This document shows positions 9,167 through 20,309 of a stretch of 57,121 nucleotides of DNA, one piece after another. The notes beneath the pieces were generated by a model that saw only the letters and a list, made by a program, of their open reading frames with translations, was not told where the DNA came from and ran no database searches. The translations under genes were made by a program, and so were the position numbers. Numbering within the stretch: position 1 is the stretch's first letter; each line of letters begins with the position of its first letter. Origin of the DNA: Nitrospirota bacterium (GTDB lineage Bacteria; UBA2233); the NCBI GenBank assembly GCA_011620345.1, contig WOZJ01000060.1, positions 1 through 57,121 of the forward strand, read 5' to 3'.

Positions 9167-10735
9167 ATGGGAATGCTGTATTTCTTCATGTGGACGCTTA
9201 GCGTCCTGGCGCTTGTCTTCCCTTTGAGTGCGGCTGCGCAAGGCCAAGGCGTAACACTAGGCGATGCCGTAGCGCGCGCTCTAAAGCAAAACCCCCAGCT
9301 TTTGAGCCTCAAAGAGGAACTCGGAGTATCCTCGGGAAGGATCGGAGAAGCCCTTTCGTACGCTTATCCCCAGCTCGATTTCGCGTTCACGTACGCCTAT
9401 ATTCCAGACCCGCCGACCTACAGCGTATCCCCGGAATCGATCCTGCAGGGTTCGAACGTTTCGAGAAAGGCTGGTTTGGCCGGCCCTATTGGCTCCTCCG
9501 TGGGCTCCTTAGCCCCCGGCGCCTTTGGGCTTCCTACGCTTGGGACCAGCCGGGTCAGTATAGGAGATTCCCATAACCTCATCGGGAACGTGGCGCTTAC
9601 CCAGACGCTTTACGCGGGCGGAAGGGTCTTGAAGGGCATCCGGCTTGCCAAGCGGGTAATGTCCGCGACGGACGCCGCGTTTGCCGAGGGGGAGCGCCGT
9701 GTTGTTGAGGCCGTAAAGAACGCGTTTCTTGGGTCTATCGCCCTAGAGGAGGTAATTGCCGTCAGGCAAGAGGCTATCCGGGTGATCTCGGCGCACGTTG
9801 AGGACGCAGGGAATCTCTACAAGGAAGGCGCCGTCCCATACTACGACTACCTGAGGGCCAGGGTCCGCTTGGCAAACGAAAAGCCGCCCTTAATCGAGGC
9901 TCAAAACGAGCTTGCTCAGACGGTCGACCTGCTTAAGCGGCTCATGGGGGAGAACCCGGATGCTCCCGGCCTCGAGCCCCTAGGGGAGCTCAGCTATGCC
10001 CCGGTTCGTATGGGGCTTGAGGAAGCTTACGCGCTGGCCCTCGAGGGCGAGCAAAGGCTCAAGCGTGAACGTATCCTTGTCGAGGTAAGAAAACTGGCCG
10101 TAGGTATCGCACGGGGAGAGGCCCTGCCTACGGTTGGAGCCTTTGGCTCCTTGTTTTTCAACAGGCCGGATTACTGGGAGATGGATTCCGCAAACCACTA
10201 CCGGGATGACTTTGGCCAAAACGCCGTCGTGGGCGTGAACATCTCCGTCCCCCTATTCGAGGGCTTCCGGGTTAAAAGCCGCGTCAAGCAGGCGGCCCAT
10301 CAGGCGATCCAGCAAAGGCTCAGCGTCCGGGATTACGAGATGGAGTTGCACCACGAGCTGGTGACGACGCTGGGCAACATCAAGGAGGCCGACGAACGAA
10401 TCCTCGCTTCCGGCTCTTCGATTTGGGAGGCGAAAGAGGCTTTGAGGCTTGCCCAGTTGCGCTACCGCGAAGGCGCTGGGACGCATTTGGACGTGATGGA
10501 CGCCCAGGTTAACCTGCTCGCGGCCCAGCTCAACCTCATCCAGGCCGTCTTGAACCACGAGCTTGCGAAGGCGGGCCTCGAGCGGATGATCGGTGCGGAC
10601 GCGGTGCGGGCAAGGGAAGGGTTGTCTAAGAGCTTAAGCGTGCTCACCCAGGAGATGGGCAAGGCCTACCGCCACCCGACCGCAAAAGAGCAGCAGGATA
10701 TGAACAAAGAACGCAACGGGCGGGGAATGCCGTGA
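9167..10735 (+). CDS. TolC-family outer-membrane efflux protein
   Basis: Signal peptide (AAA-Q), TLGDAVARALKQNP, LTQTLYAGG, ISVPLFEG, RYREGAGTHLDVMDAQ. Confidence 0.9.
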   Translation: MGMLYFFMWTLSVLALVFPLSAAAQGQGVTLGDAVARALKQNPQLLSLKEELGVSSGRIGEALSYAYPQLDFAFTYAYIPDPPTYSVSPESILQGSNVSRKAGLAGPIGSSVGSLAPGAFGLPTLGTSRVSIGDSHNLIGNVALTQTLYAGGRVLKGIRLAKRVMSATDAAFAEGERRVVEAVKNAFLGSIALEEVIAVRQEAIRVISAHVEDAGNLYKEGAVPYYDYLRARVRLANEKPPLIEAQNELAQTVDLLKRLMGENPDAPGLEPLGELSYAPVRMGLEEAYALALEGEQRLKRERILVEVRKLAVGIARGEALPTVGAFGSLFFNRPDYWEMDSANHYRDDFGQNAVVGVNISVPLFEGFRVKSRVKQAAHQAIQQRLSVRDYEMELHHELVTTLGNIKEADERILASGSSIWEAKEALRLAQLRYREGAGTHLDVMDAQVNLLAAQLNLIQAVLNHELAKAGLERMIGADAVRAREGLSKSLSVLTQEMGKAYRHPTAKEQQDMNKERNGRGMP

Positions 10736-11703
10736 GAAGGTGGCTCATAAGGGGAGGAATCGTCATTTTGGTCGCATTGGCGATCACGGGTACGGTCCTT
10801 GGGTTCCGTTATCTCGCAAAACCGCCCGAAGTGCCCGAAGGCTTTATCGATACGAACGGCCAGATGGATGCCGACGAGGTCTTTATTGCTCCGGAGGTAC
10901 CGGGAAGAGTGATCGGCGTGTACACCAAAGAAGGAGAGACTATCGAGCCCGGCCAGCTCGTCGCCGTGATCGACAAGGAAAAAATCCAGGCCCGCTACGA
11001 CCAGGCCTCGGCCATGGTGCTCGCGGCCACAAGTCAGGTTGTTCGAGCACAGAACGAAATCCTGGCAATCGAGGCCCAGAAGACGAGGATTCTAAGGGAT
11101 TACGAGAGGGCCGAGAATCTTTTTAAAGAAGGGGCGATCGCCGAGCGCAACTACGACGAGGCGCTGGCCGCGAAGCGCATGGTTTTGGCCAGGCTCGACG
11201 CGACAAAGGCCATGCTAGACGGTGCCAAAGAGCAGCTAAGGCGTGCTGAAGCGGGCAAGGCGGAGGCCACTTCTTACCTTGGCGATACGCGGGTTATTTC
11301 CCCTACGACGGGTTTTGTCCTGGCCAAACTCGTCGAACAAGGCGAGGTGGTGCAGGCTGGGACGCCTTTGTTCGTGGCGATCGATTTGAACCAAACATAC
11401 CTCAAGGTGTTTCTTCCCCAAGCCGAAGTTAACCTTATAAAGGTGGGCGATGAGGCGCGTATCTACGTGGATGCCATGCCTCAAGAGCCATTCCCGGCCT
11501 ACGTCTCTTACATCTCCCAAAGGGCGGAATTCACCCCGAAGTTCGTCGAAACCAAAGAGCAGCGGGAAAGCCTCGTTTTTGAGGTGCGCTTGAGGCCCAG
11601 AAAGCCCACGGCGCAGCTCAAGCCCGGCATGCCAGCAGAGGCGAGGATTCAGTGGAAGGAAGGGATTCCCTTCATCGAGAAGCATCCCAAGAGCCAGTCC
11701 TAA
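10732..11703 (+). CDS. HlyD-family periplasmic adaptor (YbhG-like)
   Basis: N-terminal TM segment, lipoyl-like halves, AEFTPKFVETKEQR motif typical of YbhG. Confidence 0.9.
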   Translation: MRRWLIRGGIVILVALAITGTVLGFRYLAKPPEVPEGFIDTNGQMDADEVFIAPEVPGRVIGVYTKEGETIEPGQLVAVIDKEKIQARYDQASAMVLAATSQVVRAQNEILAIEAQKTRILRDYERAENLFKEGAIAERNYDEALAAKRMVLARLDATKAMLDGAKEQLRRAEAGKAEATSYLGDTRVISPTTGFVLAKLVEQGEVVQAGTPLFVAIDLNQTYLKVFLPQAEVNLIKVGDEARIYVDAMPQEPFPAYVSYISQRAEFTPKFVETKEQRESLVFEVRLRPRKPTAQLKPGMPAEARIQWKEGIPFIEKHPKSQS

Positions 11704-13622
11704 GGGCCAAGGGCCTCAAAAAAGCCTACGGCAAGACGCTCGCCGTTGATGGCGTGGATCTGGAGGTATACCCTGGCGAGGCGTTTGGGCTTGTCGGTCC
11801 GGACGGGGCTGGCAAGACGACGACGATCAAGATGCTCGTAGGCTTGATCAAGCCAGATTCAGGAAGCGTGACCATTCAAGGGCAAGGCCTTCACAAAAAC
11901 CTGAAGGCGATCAAGCCGGTTTTGGGCTACATGTCCCAGGAATTCACGCTCTACCCGACTTTGAGCGTTGCCGAAAACCTTAGGTTCTTTGCAAGGGCCT
12001 ACCGGGTGCCGGATGCCGAAGAAAGGGAGCGTACCAATGAGCTCCTAGCCTTCTCCAGGCTTGGGCCTTTTCGGTCCCGCTACGCAGGAAGGCTCTCTGG
12101 CGGCATGAAAAAAAAGCTTGCTTTGTCGTGCGCGTTGATCCACACGCCAAAAGTCCTTTTTTTGGACGAGCCAACGACGGGCGTAGACCCGGTCTCCAGA
12201 CAAGATTTTTGGCTTTTGCTCTACGAGCTGCTCGCTCAGGGCGTCGCGATCCTCGTTTCTACCCCCTACATGGACGAAGCGGAGCGCTGCAACCGCGTGG
12301 CCTTGATGCACCAAGGCAGGCTCCTTACGACGGACACGCCAAGGGCGCTGTGCAAGGCCTCGACAAGCAAAATCATCGAGCTTCGAGGCGAGAGGGCGAG
12401 GGAGGCGTTCTTTTTGCTTCATCAAGCCCAAACATCCGAGCGTGCCGAGCTATACGGCCAAAAGCTCAGCGTTCGGGTCGAGGATGGGCAGCAGGATTTG
12501 AAAGAAGAGCTCGAGCGAATTGCCGAAGAAAAACAGCTGGAGGTGCTGCAGGCCCCGTTGCTCTTGGAGGATCGCTTTGTCGAGATCTTGGAGACAAAAG
12601 GCCACAAAAAACGCCCGATGCCCCCTGGTGGTCTGCCGTTTCGGCAAAGGGAAAAAGGTAAGCCCTGTATCGAAGTCGAGGGTCTTTACAAGTATTTCGG
12701 CGATTTTGCGGCGGTAGACGGGATAAGCTTCAAGGTGGCCCAAGGCGAAGTGTTCGGGTTTTTGGGGCCGAACGGCGCGGGCAAGTCGACGACGATCTCC
12801 ATGCTTATCGGCCTCCTCCACGCTTCAAAGGGGCATATGAACGTCTCCGGGGTTGACATGCTCAAAACCCCCGAGACGGTTAAAAGCCGCATAGGGTACA
12901 TGTCCCAGATTTTTAGTCTTTACGGCGACCTGACGGTCATGGAGAACATCGAGCTCTACGCCGGCATTTACGGCGTAACGGGCGGGATGTTTCAAGAAAG
13001 AAAACGTTGGGTGCTCGGCATGACGGGTCTCGAGCGCTTCGAGGGCCAAATGACCAGGTCGCTGTCCATGGGCTACAAGCAACGTCTCGCCTTGGGATGC
13101 GCGCTGATGCACGACCCTGAGATTGTGTTTTTGGACGAGCCGACGGCCGGGGTAGACCCTGTTTCTAGGCGGGAGTTCTTCGATTTGATCGCTGCGATGG
13201 CCGAAAAGGGCATCACCGTGTTCGTCACGACCCATTACATGGACGAAGCCGAGCGCTGCGAGCGCATCGCGCTGATGTACTCGGGCAAGATCATTGCCAT
13301 GGGGACGCCGGATACGCTCAAGGCCGCAAAGGAGGTCCCAAATATTGTCGAAGTTCACCCCGAAGACCCTATCGATGCCTACAACAAGCTCTCCAAAGAC
13401 GGCTGGGAGGGCGGTATTCATCTTTTCGGGGAAAGGCTCCACGTTTCGCTCGATGAGACAAAAGGCCGGGACGAGGAGAGCCTTCGGAGGGACTTGGAAA
13501 GGTTTCGCATTCGCATGCTCGAGATGAACGCGGTGAAGCCGACGATGGAGGACGTGTTCGTCGCCTTTATTCTCCAGCACGAACGCATGAAGAATCGAGG
13601 CTCTTCGGAGACTTCGCCGTGA
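11652..13622 (+). CDS. Double-domain ABC ATP-binding protein (YbhF-like)
   Basis: Two Walker A motifs (GPDGAGKTT, GPNGAGKST), LSGG/LSMG signatures, two LDEPTxGVDP motifs. Confidence 0.95.
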   Translation: MEGRDSLHREASQEPVLRAKGLKKAYGKTLAVDGVDLEVYPGEAFGLVGPDGAGKTTTIKMLVGLIKPDSGSVTIQGQGLHKNLKAIKPVLGYMSQEFTLYPTLSVAENLRFFARAYRVPDAEERERTNELLAFSRLGPFRSRYAGRLSGGMKKKLALSCALIHTPKVLFLDEPTTGVDPVSRQDFWLLLYELLAQGVAILVSTPYMDEAERCNRVALMHQGRLLTTDTPRALCKASTSKIIELRGERAREAFFLLHQAQTSERAELYGQKLSVRVEDGQQDLKEELERIAEEKQLEVLQAPLLLEDRFVEILETKGHKKRPMPPGGLPFRQREKGKPCIEVEGLYKYFGDFAAVDGISFKVAQGEVFGFLGPNGAGKSTTISMLIGLLHASKGHMNVSGVDMLKTPETVKSRIGYMSQIFSLYGDLTVMENIELYAGIYGVTGGMFQERKRWVLGMTGLERFEGQMTRSLSMGYKQRLALGCALMHDPEIVFLDEPTAGVDPVSRREFFDLIAAMAEKGITVFVTTHYMDEAERCERIALMYSGKIIAMGTPDTLKAAKEVPNIVEVHPEDPIDAYNKLSKDGWEGGIHLFGERLHVSLDETKGRDEESLRRDLERFRIRMLEMNAVKPTMEDVFVAFILQHERMKNRGSSETSP

Positions 13623-14770
13623 GGATCGGTCCGTTCGAACTGGAGCACATCCTGGCCGTTGCCAACAAGGAATTCCGGGAAATCTACCGTGACCCTCGCT
13701 ACATCGCGTTTGCCTTGGCGTGCCCGATCGTGCTCCTGCTCCTTTATGGCTACGCCATAACAATGGACGTCCAGAACCTGCTTACGGCCTACGTCGATTT
13801 TAACAAGACGACGCTGTCTGCCCGCTACATCGACCGCTTCGCCAGCTCGCGGTACTTTCAAGTTGTCAAAGAAGCGCGCTCGAGGAAAGAGCTGGAAGAG
13901 CTGATGGAACGCTCTGAGATCCGGCTCGGGATCGTAATTCCGGCCGATTTTTCCAGGAAGCTTTATAACCGAAAGAAGGCTGAAGTCGAGTTCATCGTAG
14001 ACGGCACGTGGCCCAACATGGCCAATCTCGCGATCGGCTACGTTCAAGCCGTAAACGGGGCGTTCAACCAAGGGATGCTTCAGAGCCTGTTCCAGAGGTC
14101 GGGGCTTGTGGCGCCCAAAAGCCCCGAGCCCATCGTTGTCGAGCCGAGGGTATGGTTCAACGAGGATCTAGACAGCCTCAACTTCATCATCCCCGGCCTT
14201 TATGCCGCCATTTTCATGTCCTTCCCGCCCGTTTTGTGCGCGCTCGCCATCGTCCGGGAAAAAGAGGCGGGCTCGATCGAGCAGATCTACATGTCTCCGA
14301 TAAGCTCGGAATCGTTCATCCTGGGCAAGCTTATCCCCCAGCTCACGATCGCGTTCACCGGCCTCGTTTTGCTGGCCCTGATAGGGACGTTTTGGTTTGG
14401 GGTTCCGTTCAAGGGTGACCCTCTCTTGTTTTTCGGGCTAGGCGCGCTGTATCTTGCAACCACCTGCGGGTTCGGGCTTTTGGCTTCTTCGGTAACCAGG
14501 ACGCAGGTGGCCGCGATGATCGGCACGATGATCCTGACGATGATCCCGGCGTTTTTGTTCAGCGGGTTTTTCTTTCCGATCTCCAACCTGGCCAAACAGT
14601 TCATCTTGTATTCCTACCTCTTTTCTGGACGGTTTTTTGTCGTCATCTCAAGAGGGATCGTGATCAAGGGGGTTCATCTGGATACGCTCTACCCGCAGGT
14701 TTTTGGGCTTTTGATCTATGCGGCCGTAATCTACGGTATTTCCTTCTTTGTGCTGCGAAAGCGGCTATGA
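13619..14770 (+). CDS. ABC-2 permease (YbhS-like)
   Basis: KEFREIYRD, RVWFNEDL, IVREKEAGSIEQ, FSGFFFPI. Confidence 0.9.
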   Translation: MRIGPFELEHILAVANKEFREIYRDPRYIAFALACPIVLLLLYGYAITMDVQNLLTAYVDFNKTTLSARYIDRFASSRYFQVVKEARSRKELEELMERSEIRLGIVIPADFSRKLYNRKKAEVEFIVDGTWPNMANLAIGYVQAVNGAFNQGMLQSLFQRSGLVAPKSPEPIVVEPRVWFNEDLDSLNFIIPGLYAAIFMSFPPVLCALAIVREKEAGSIEQIYMSPISSESFILGKLIPQLTIAFTGLVLLALIGTFWFGVPFKGDPLLFFGLGALYLATTCGFGLLASSVTRTQVAAMIGTMILTMIPAFLFSGFFFPISNLAKQFILYSYLFSGRFFVVISRGIVIKGVHLDTLYPQVFGLLIYAAVIYGISFFVLRKRL

Positions 14771-15924
14771 AAAGGCGGCTCGTTCTTTTTTCTGCGCAGG
14801 TCTACGTGCTCCTTAAAAAGGAGATGCTGCAGTTCTTGCGCGACAAGGTTTTGTTGTTCATCGTGCTGTTCACGTTCACGGCAAACATCGTCATCCTGGG
14901 CAAGGCCTTCACGCTCGAGGTGAAGAACGTGCCGACGGCTCTGTACGACATGTCGAAAAGTTACGAATCGAGGCTGCTCATCGAAGGGTTCCGCGCAAGC
15001 GGCCGATTCCGGTTCGTCAAAGAGATCGATTCACTTCAAGAGGGCGATCGGCTCTTATCCAAAGGGGACATAAGCCTTATCATCGCCATCCCCGCGGATT
15101 TCGCGAGGAACCTACGCAAGGGGGCAAGTGCAAAGGTGCTGCTCTCTACCGACGGGACGGACTCCAACCAAGCGCTGATCGCGCTGAGCTATGCGGCCAG
15201 CATCACGGGGACGTTTTTTACCGAGACGCTCGAAGAAAGGCTTTCGCTGCTCGTCCCCGCCATGGCCAGGGGGCTGGTCCCTCAGATCGAGGAAAAGATC
15301 CGGGTTCGCTACAACGCAAACCGCATCGAAGAACGCCAGCTTTCGCTCATGGAGATGTGCCGGGCTGCGTTTGCCATCTGTGTGATCCTGACGGCCGCCT
15401 CCATCGTGCGGGAGAAGGAGGTTGGCACGGCGGCCCAACTCTACGTCACGCCCATCTCCAAAACTACGCTCCTGATCGGCAAGATTGTGCCCGTCATAAT
15501 AATCGTCATGGTCGCGCTATTGATTGGAACGTTGTTCAACATCGTATTTTTGGATACTCCCCTTAGGGGAAATTATATGGTTTTCTGGGTGCTCTCGATC
15601 CCGTTCCTTCTGTTTAGCGTGGCGATAGGTCTTTTGTTGGCGGATTTTTCGAGGACCTTTCAGCAGGTGCTTTTGGGGGCGTTTTTGCTCCTCATGCCTA
15701 TCATGTTCATCTCTGGCAGCCTCGTTCCGATCGAGACGATGCCCAAAGCGCTCCAGCAGCTTACGTACTTTTTCCCTTTGCGCTACTACTTGAACATCAC
15801 AATGGGCGTGTTCTTCAGGGGGGTGGGTATCGGCTCGTTCTGGGCCGATGCGCTCATCATGACGGGGCTGGGGCTGCTGGCCTTCAGCGTGTCGGTCTGG
15901 TTTTTCCGCAAGTCACTCGATTAG
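14767..15924 (+). CDS. ABC-2 permease (YbhR-like)
   Basis: KEMLQFLRD, IVREKEVGT, SGSLVPIETMP, PLRYY. Confidence 0.9.
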   Translation: MKRRLVLFSAQVYVLLKKEMLQFLRDKVLLFIVLFTFTANIVILGKAFTLEVKNVPTALYDMSKSYESRLLIEGFRASGRFRFVKEIDSLQEGDRLLSKGDISLIIAIPADFARNLRKGASAKVLLSTDGTDSNQALIALSYAASITGTFFTETLEERLSLLVPAMARGLVPQIEEKIRVRYNANRIEERQLSLMEMCRAAFAICVILTAASIVREKEVGTAAQLYVTPISKTTLLIGKIVPVIIIVMVALLIGTLFNIVFLDTPLRGNYMVFWVLSIPFLLFSVAIGLLLADFSRTFQQVLLGAFLLLMPIMFISGSLVPIETMPKALQQLTYFFPLRYYLNITMGVFFRGVGIGSFWADALIMTGLGLLAFSVSVWFFRKSLD

Positions 15925-16107
15925 GGCGAATTCAAAATTCAAGNNNNNNNNNNNNNNNNNNNNNNNNNNNNNNNNNNNNNNNNNNNNNNNNNNNNNNNNN
16001 NNNNNNNNNNNNNNNNNNNNNNNNNNNNNNNNNNNNNNNNNNNGTGTCGGTCTGGTTTTTCCGCAAGTCACTCGATTAGGGCGAATTCAAAATTCAAGTC
16101 TAGAAAC

Positions 16108-16132
16108 GCGGGGCTGGAAAGCCCCGCCTATC
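16108..16132 (-). repeat. Isolated REP-like hairpin (GATAG-GCGGGGCT-TTCC-AGCCCCGC)
   Basis: Perfect 8-bp stem with the same foot and loop as the 9022-9046 copy; overlaps the mce stop codon. Confidence 0.55.
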
Positions 16133-16571
16133 GAGATGGGTCTTCGTTATGGGGCATTTGTTCGCTCAGCTCCAAAAGCACGCCACAAAGCGCATTAGGG
16201 TGGACAAAGGCCACGCGCTTGCCATGCGCGCCCTTTCTGGGCGTCTCGTCGATCAGGCGGACACCAGCCGATTTAAGGGCTTGCAAGAGCCCTTCCAAGT
16301 TGCTGACGCTCAAGCAGACATGGTGGGTTCCGGACCCGCGTTTTTGCAGGAACTTTGCAATCGGGCTATCTAGAGAAGTAGGCTCGAGCAGCTCGAGGTT
16401 CGTCTCCCCCACGCCGAAGAAGGCCGTTTTGACGTCATATTCCTTCACCTCTTCGATTGATTCCGGAGGGCCGCCCAAAAGTTTTTGAAAACGTTCGATC
16501 GCCTCGCTTAGGTTGTCTACGGCGATCCCGATGTGGTCAACACTCAGGAACGCTCCTTGCATACCAGGCAT
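16128..16571 (-). CDS. mce: Methylmalonyl-CoA epimerase
   Basis: VDHIGIAV, LELLEP, SPIAKFL..RGSGTHHVC, AFVHP..GVLLEL; GAAGGAGG RBS before ATG at 16571. Confidence 0.9.
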   Translation of the reverse strand: MPGMQGAFLSVDHIGIAVDNLSEAIERFQKLLGGPPESIEEVKEYDVKTAFFGVGETNLELLEPTSLDSPIAKFLQKRGSGTHHVCLSVSNLEGLLQALKSAGVRLIDETPRKGAHGKRVAFVHPNALCGVLLELSEQMPHNEDPSR

Positions 16572-16678
16572 ATACCCCTCCTTCGTGAAACACGTTTTTT
16601 GTTTGTTTGTATCGTAGCATGGCAAGCGCGATGATATCTACCGCCAGGAGATGCCCCTTTGCTCTCGTTGAAAAACAT

Positions 16679-16696
16679 GGTATGAATAGTCATTCA
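16679..16696 (+). promoter_or_regulatory. Putative TetR-family (FadR/YsiA-like) operator
   Basis: GGTATGAATAGTCATTCA contains the palindrome TGAAT-N4-ATTCA; lies between divergent mce and acyl-CoA dehydrogenase genes. Confidence 0.55.
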
Positions 16697-16757
16697 GCTT
16701 GCGGGACTGCGTAGTGCCCGTGATGTTCATGTTTGCCAAAATCGAGGAGGGCCTAGG

Positions 16758-17942
16758 ATGTCGAGAGGGTGTTTTCAAGAAGAGCACGGGATTTTTCGGC
16801 GTAATTTCCGGCAGTTTATCGAAAAAGAGGTGGCGCCTTACACGCTCGACTGGGAAGAAAAAGGCGAGTGGCCCAAATCGGTCCTTCGGCGCATGGGAGA
16901 GCTCGGGTTCTTGGGGCTAAGGCACAAAGAAGAGCATGGCGGGGCGGGGGCTGACTATCTCTACACCGTCGTTATGGCAGAAGAGCTACCGAGGTGCGGT
17001 GTCTCCGGTTTCCCGATGGGCATCATGGTTCACACCGACATGGCCACCCCGATCATCGGCAAGCTTGGCAGTCCAGAGCAGGTCGAGAGGTTCTTGAAGC
17101 CGGCCATCCGGGGCGAGAAGCTGGCCGCGCTGGCCATCACCGAGCCTCAAGCCGGCTCGGACGTGGGCGCGATCAAGACGAGCGCCAAAAAAGACGGCGG
17201 GGAGTACGTGATCAACGGCTCCAAGCTCTTCATCACCAACGGCGCCAACGCCGATTTCTTGACGCTCGCCGTCAAGACCGCCCCCGAGCAAGGCCTGCAC
17301 GGGATCAGCTTCTTTTTGTTCCCTACGGACACGCCCGGGTTCCAGGTGACCAAAAAACTCAAGAAAATGGGCAATCACTCTTCGGATACGGCTGAATTGG
17401 TGTTTGAGGATGCCAGGGTACCGAAAGAGTACCTCTTGGGCGAGGAGAACATGGGTTTTTACTACATCATGCAGAATTTCCAGGGTGAGAGGTTAATCGC
17501 CGCCGTAGCGGCCGTTGCCGGCTCGCAGCTGTTGCTCGATTTAACCATTCAGTACGCCAAAGACCGACAGGCCTTCGGCCGTCCGATCATCAAGTTCCAG
17601 GTGAACCGGCACAAGATCGTGGACATGGCAACACGGATCGCCGTGGCACGTTCGTTCGTCTACGACGTGTGCGGGGCGTTTAACGAATTCGACAGCGCCC
17701 AGAGCGCCGACCCGGCGCACGCTGTCCCTTTCGAGCTTGTCAAAGAGATATCGATGGCAAAGCTGTTTGCAACCGAGGCGGCCAAGCTCGTGGCCGACGA
17801 GTGTGTCCAGCTTCACGGAGGCTATGGTTACATCGAAGAGTTCCCCGTGGCCAGGGCCTACAGGGACACAAGGCTCCTATCGATCGGGGGAGGTACATCG
17901 GAGATCATGAAGGAGATTATCGGCAAGATTATGGATTTATAA
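16758..17942 (+). CDS. Acyl-CoA dehydrogenase
   Basis: AITEPQAGSD, NGSKLFITNG, RQAFGRPI, QLHGGYGY, IGGGTSEIM. Confidence 0.95.
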   Translation: MSRGCFQEEHGIFRRNFRQFIEKEVAPYTLDWEEKGEWPKSVLRRMGELGFLGLRHKEEHGGAGADYLYTVVMAEELPRCGVSGFPMGIMVHTDMATPIIGKLGSPEQVERFLKPAIRGEKLAALAITEPQAGSDVGAIKTSAKKDGGEYVINGSKLFITNGANADFLTLAVKTAPEQGLHGISFFLFPTDTPGFQVTKKLKKMGNHSSDTAELVFEDARVPKEYLLGEENMGFYYIMQNFQGERLIAAVAAVAGSQLLLDLTIQYAKDRQAFGRPIIKFQVNRHKIVDMATRIAVARSFVYDVCGAFNEFDSAQSADPAHAVPFELVKEISMAKLFATEAAKLVADECVQLHGGYGYIEEFPVARAYRDTRLLSIGGGTSEIMKEIIGKIMDL

Positions 17943-18023
17943 GCCCCTCATAAGCCTTTAAGCCCCCCATGAGCCCTTGCGGATGAGGTGTTTTGCTGTG
18001 TTAAGATAAACGCAAGGTTTTAA

Positions 18024-19064
<1,041 letters not shown>

Positions 19065-19076
19065 GGGAGGGTTCCC

Positions 19077-20249
19077 ATGCGCTCGATCGAAAAGCTTGAG
19101 CTAACAAATAAGCGTGTCCTCATCCGGGCCGACTTGAACGTCCCCGTGAAAAACGGCAAAGTTTCCGACGATTTTCGCATTCGTGCAAGCCTGCCGACGA
19201 TCAGGCTATGCCTTGAGAATGGCGCCAAAGTGGCCGTTATGTCGCACCTAGGCAGGCCCAAGGGGAAAGACTCGGCTTACTCTCTCAAGCCGGTTGCCGA
19301 GCGGCTAGGAGAGCTGCTCGGTGTGCCCGTTCGGTTTGTCCCCGAGACGGTGGGCGAGGCTGTAGCGCGCGAGATCGGCTCGTTAGAACCCGGCAAGGAA
19401 GTGCTCGTTTTAGAAAACGTTCGGTTCGAGCCGGGCGAGGAGAAGAACGACGAGCATCTAGCAAAGGCCTACGCCCAGCTTTGCGACGTGTTTGTCAACG
19501 ACGCCTTCGCCTCGAGCCACAGGGCGCACGCTTCGGTTGCCGGGGTGGCCAGGTTTGCCAAAGAAAAGGCCGCCGGACTTTTACTCATGCGCGAGGTCAT
19601 GAGTCTCAAGGGGGTGCTAGAAGACCCAAAACGGCCCTTGAGCGTCGTTTTGGGCGGAGCGAAGGTTTCGACGAAGATCGGCGTGATCGAGAATCTCATC
19701 AAAAAGACCGACCGGCTTTTGATCGGTGGGGCGATGGCCAACACCTTCCTTAAGGCGCTCGGCCATAACCTGGGCAAGAGCCTTGTCGAAGACGAGATGC
19801 TAAAGAAGGCGCTCGAAGTCCTGGAGGCGGTCAAAGGCTCGGGCTGTACGCTTCTTTTGCCATGCGATGCGGGCGTGGGAGAGGGCCCGGATGTTCCGCG
19901 CGCGACCTACGTTCCTGTAGGCATGATCCCAAAGGAGGCGCAGGCGCTCGACATCGGCCCTGCCAGCGTCCAGCTGTTCAAGGAAGGGCTCGAGGGCTCC
20001 ATGACGGTGCTTTGGAACGGGCCGATGGGGATGTTCGAGGTTCCTTCGTTTGCCCTAGGAACCTACGGGGTGGCGTTTGCCGTGTCCCAGGCCGGCGCGT
20101 TCCGCGTGGCTGGCGGGGGCGAGACAGACGAGGCGATAGAGAGGCTCGGGCTTGCCAGCACCTTTTCGTTCATCTCGACGGCAGGCGGGGCGTTCCTTGA
20201 GTTTTTGGAGGGCAAGGCGCTGCCAGGGATCGCCGCGCTAGGGGAGTAG
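19077..20249 (+). CDS. pgk: Phosphoglycerate kinase
   Basis: RADLNVP, SHLGRP, LENVRF, GGAKVSTKI, WNGPMG. Confidence 0.97.
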   Translation: MRSIEKLELTNKRVLIRADLNVPVKNGKVSDDFRIRASLPTIRLCLENGAKVAVMSHLGRPKGKDSAYSLKPVAERLGELLGVPVRFVPETVGEAVAREIGSLEPGKEVLVLENVRFEPGEEKNDEHLAKAYAQLCDVFVNDAFASSHRAHASVAGVARFAKEKAAGLLLMREVMSLKGVLEDPKRPLSVVLGGAKVSTKIGVIENLIKKTDRLLIGGAMANTFLKALGHNLGKSLVEDEMLKKALEVLEAVKGSGCTLLLPCDAGVGEGPDVPRATYVPVGMIPKEAQALDIGPASVQLFKEGLEGSMTVLWNGPMGMFEVPSFALGTYGVAFAVSQAGAFRVAGGGETDEAIERLGLASTFSFISTAGGAFLEFLEGKALPGIAALGE

Positions 20250-20309
20250 GCAAAAAGAGCGCGGGCGTCTGCCATTTTTGTCGTCCGATGGCAGCTCAAT
20301 TTTTCTTTC

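Noticed and set aside
11652-11703. 52-bp overlap of hlyD and the ABC ATPase as a frameshift
   Set aside because: Both proteins look complete and the GTG start has an upstream GAGG.
15889-16098. 55-bp direct repeat flanking an N gap
   Set aside because: Exactly 55 bp on both sides of a 100-N gap, the same length as at two other gaps; consistent with a k-mer overlap scaffolding artefact.
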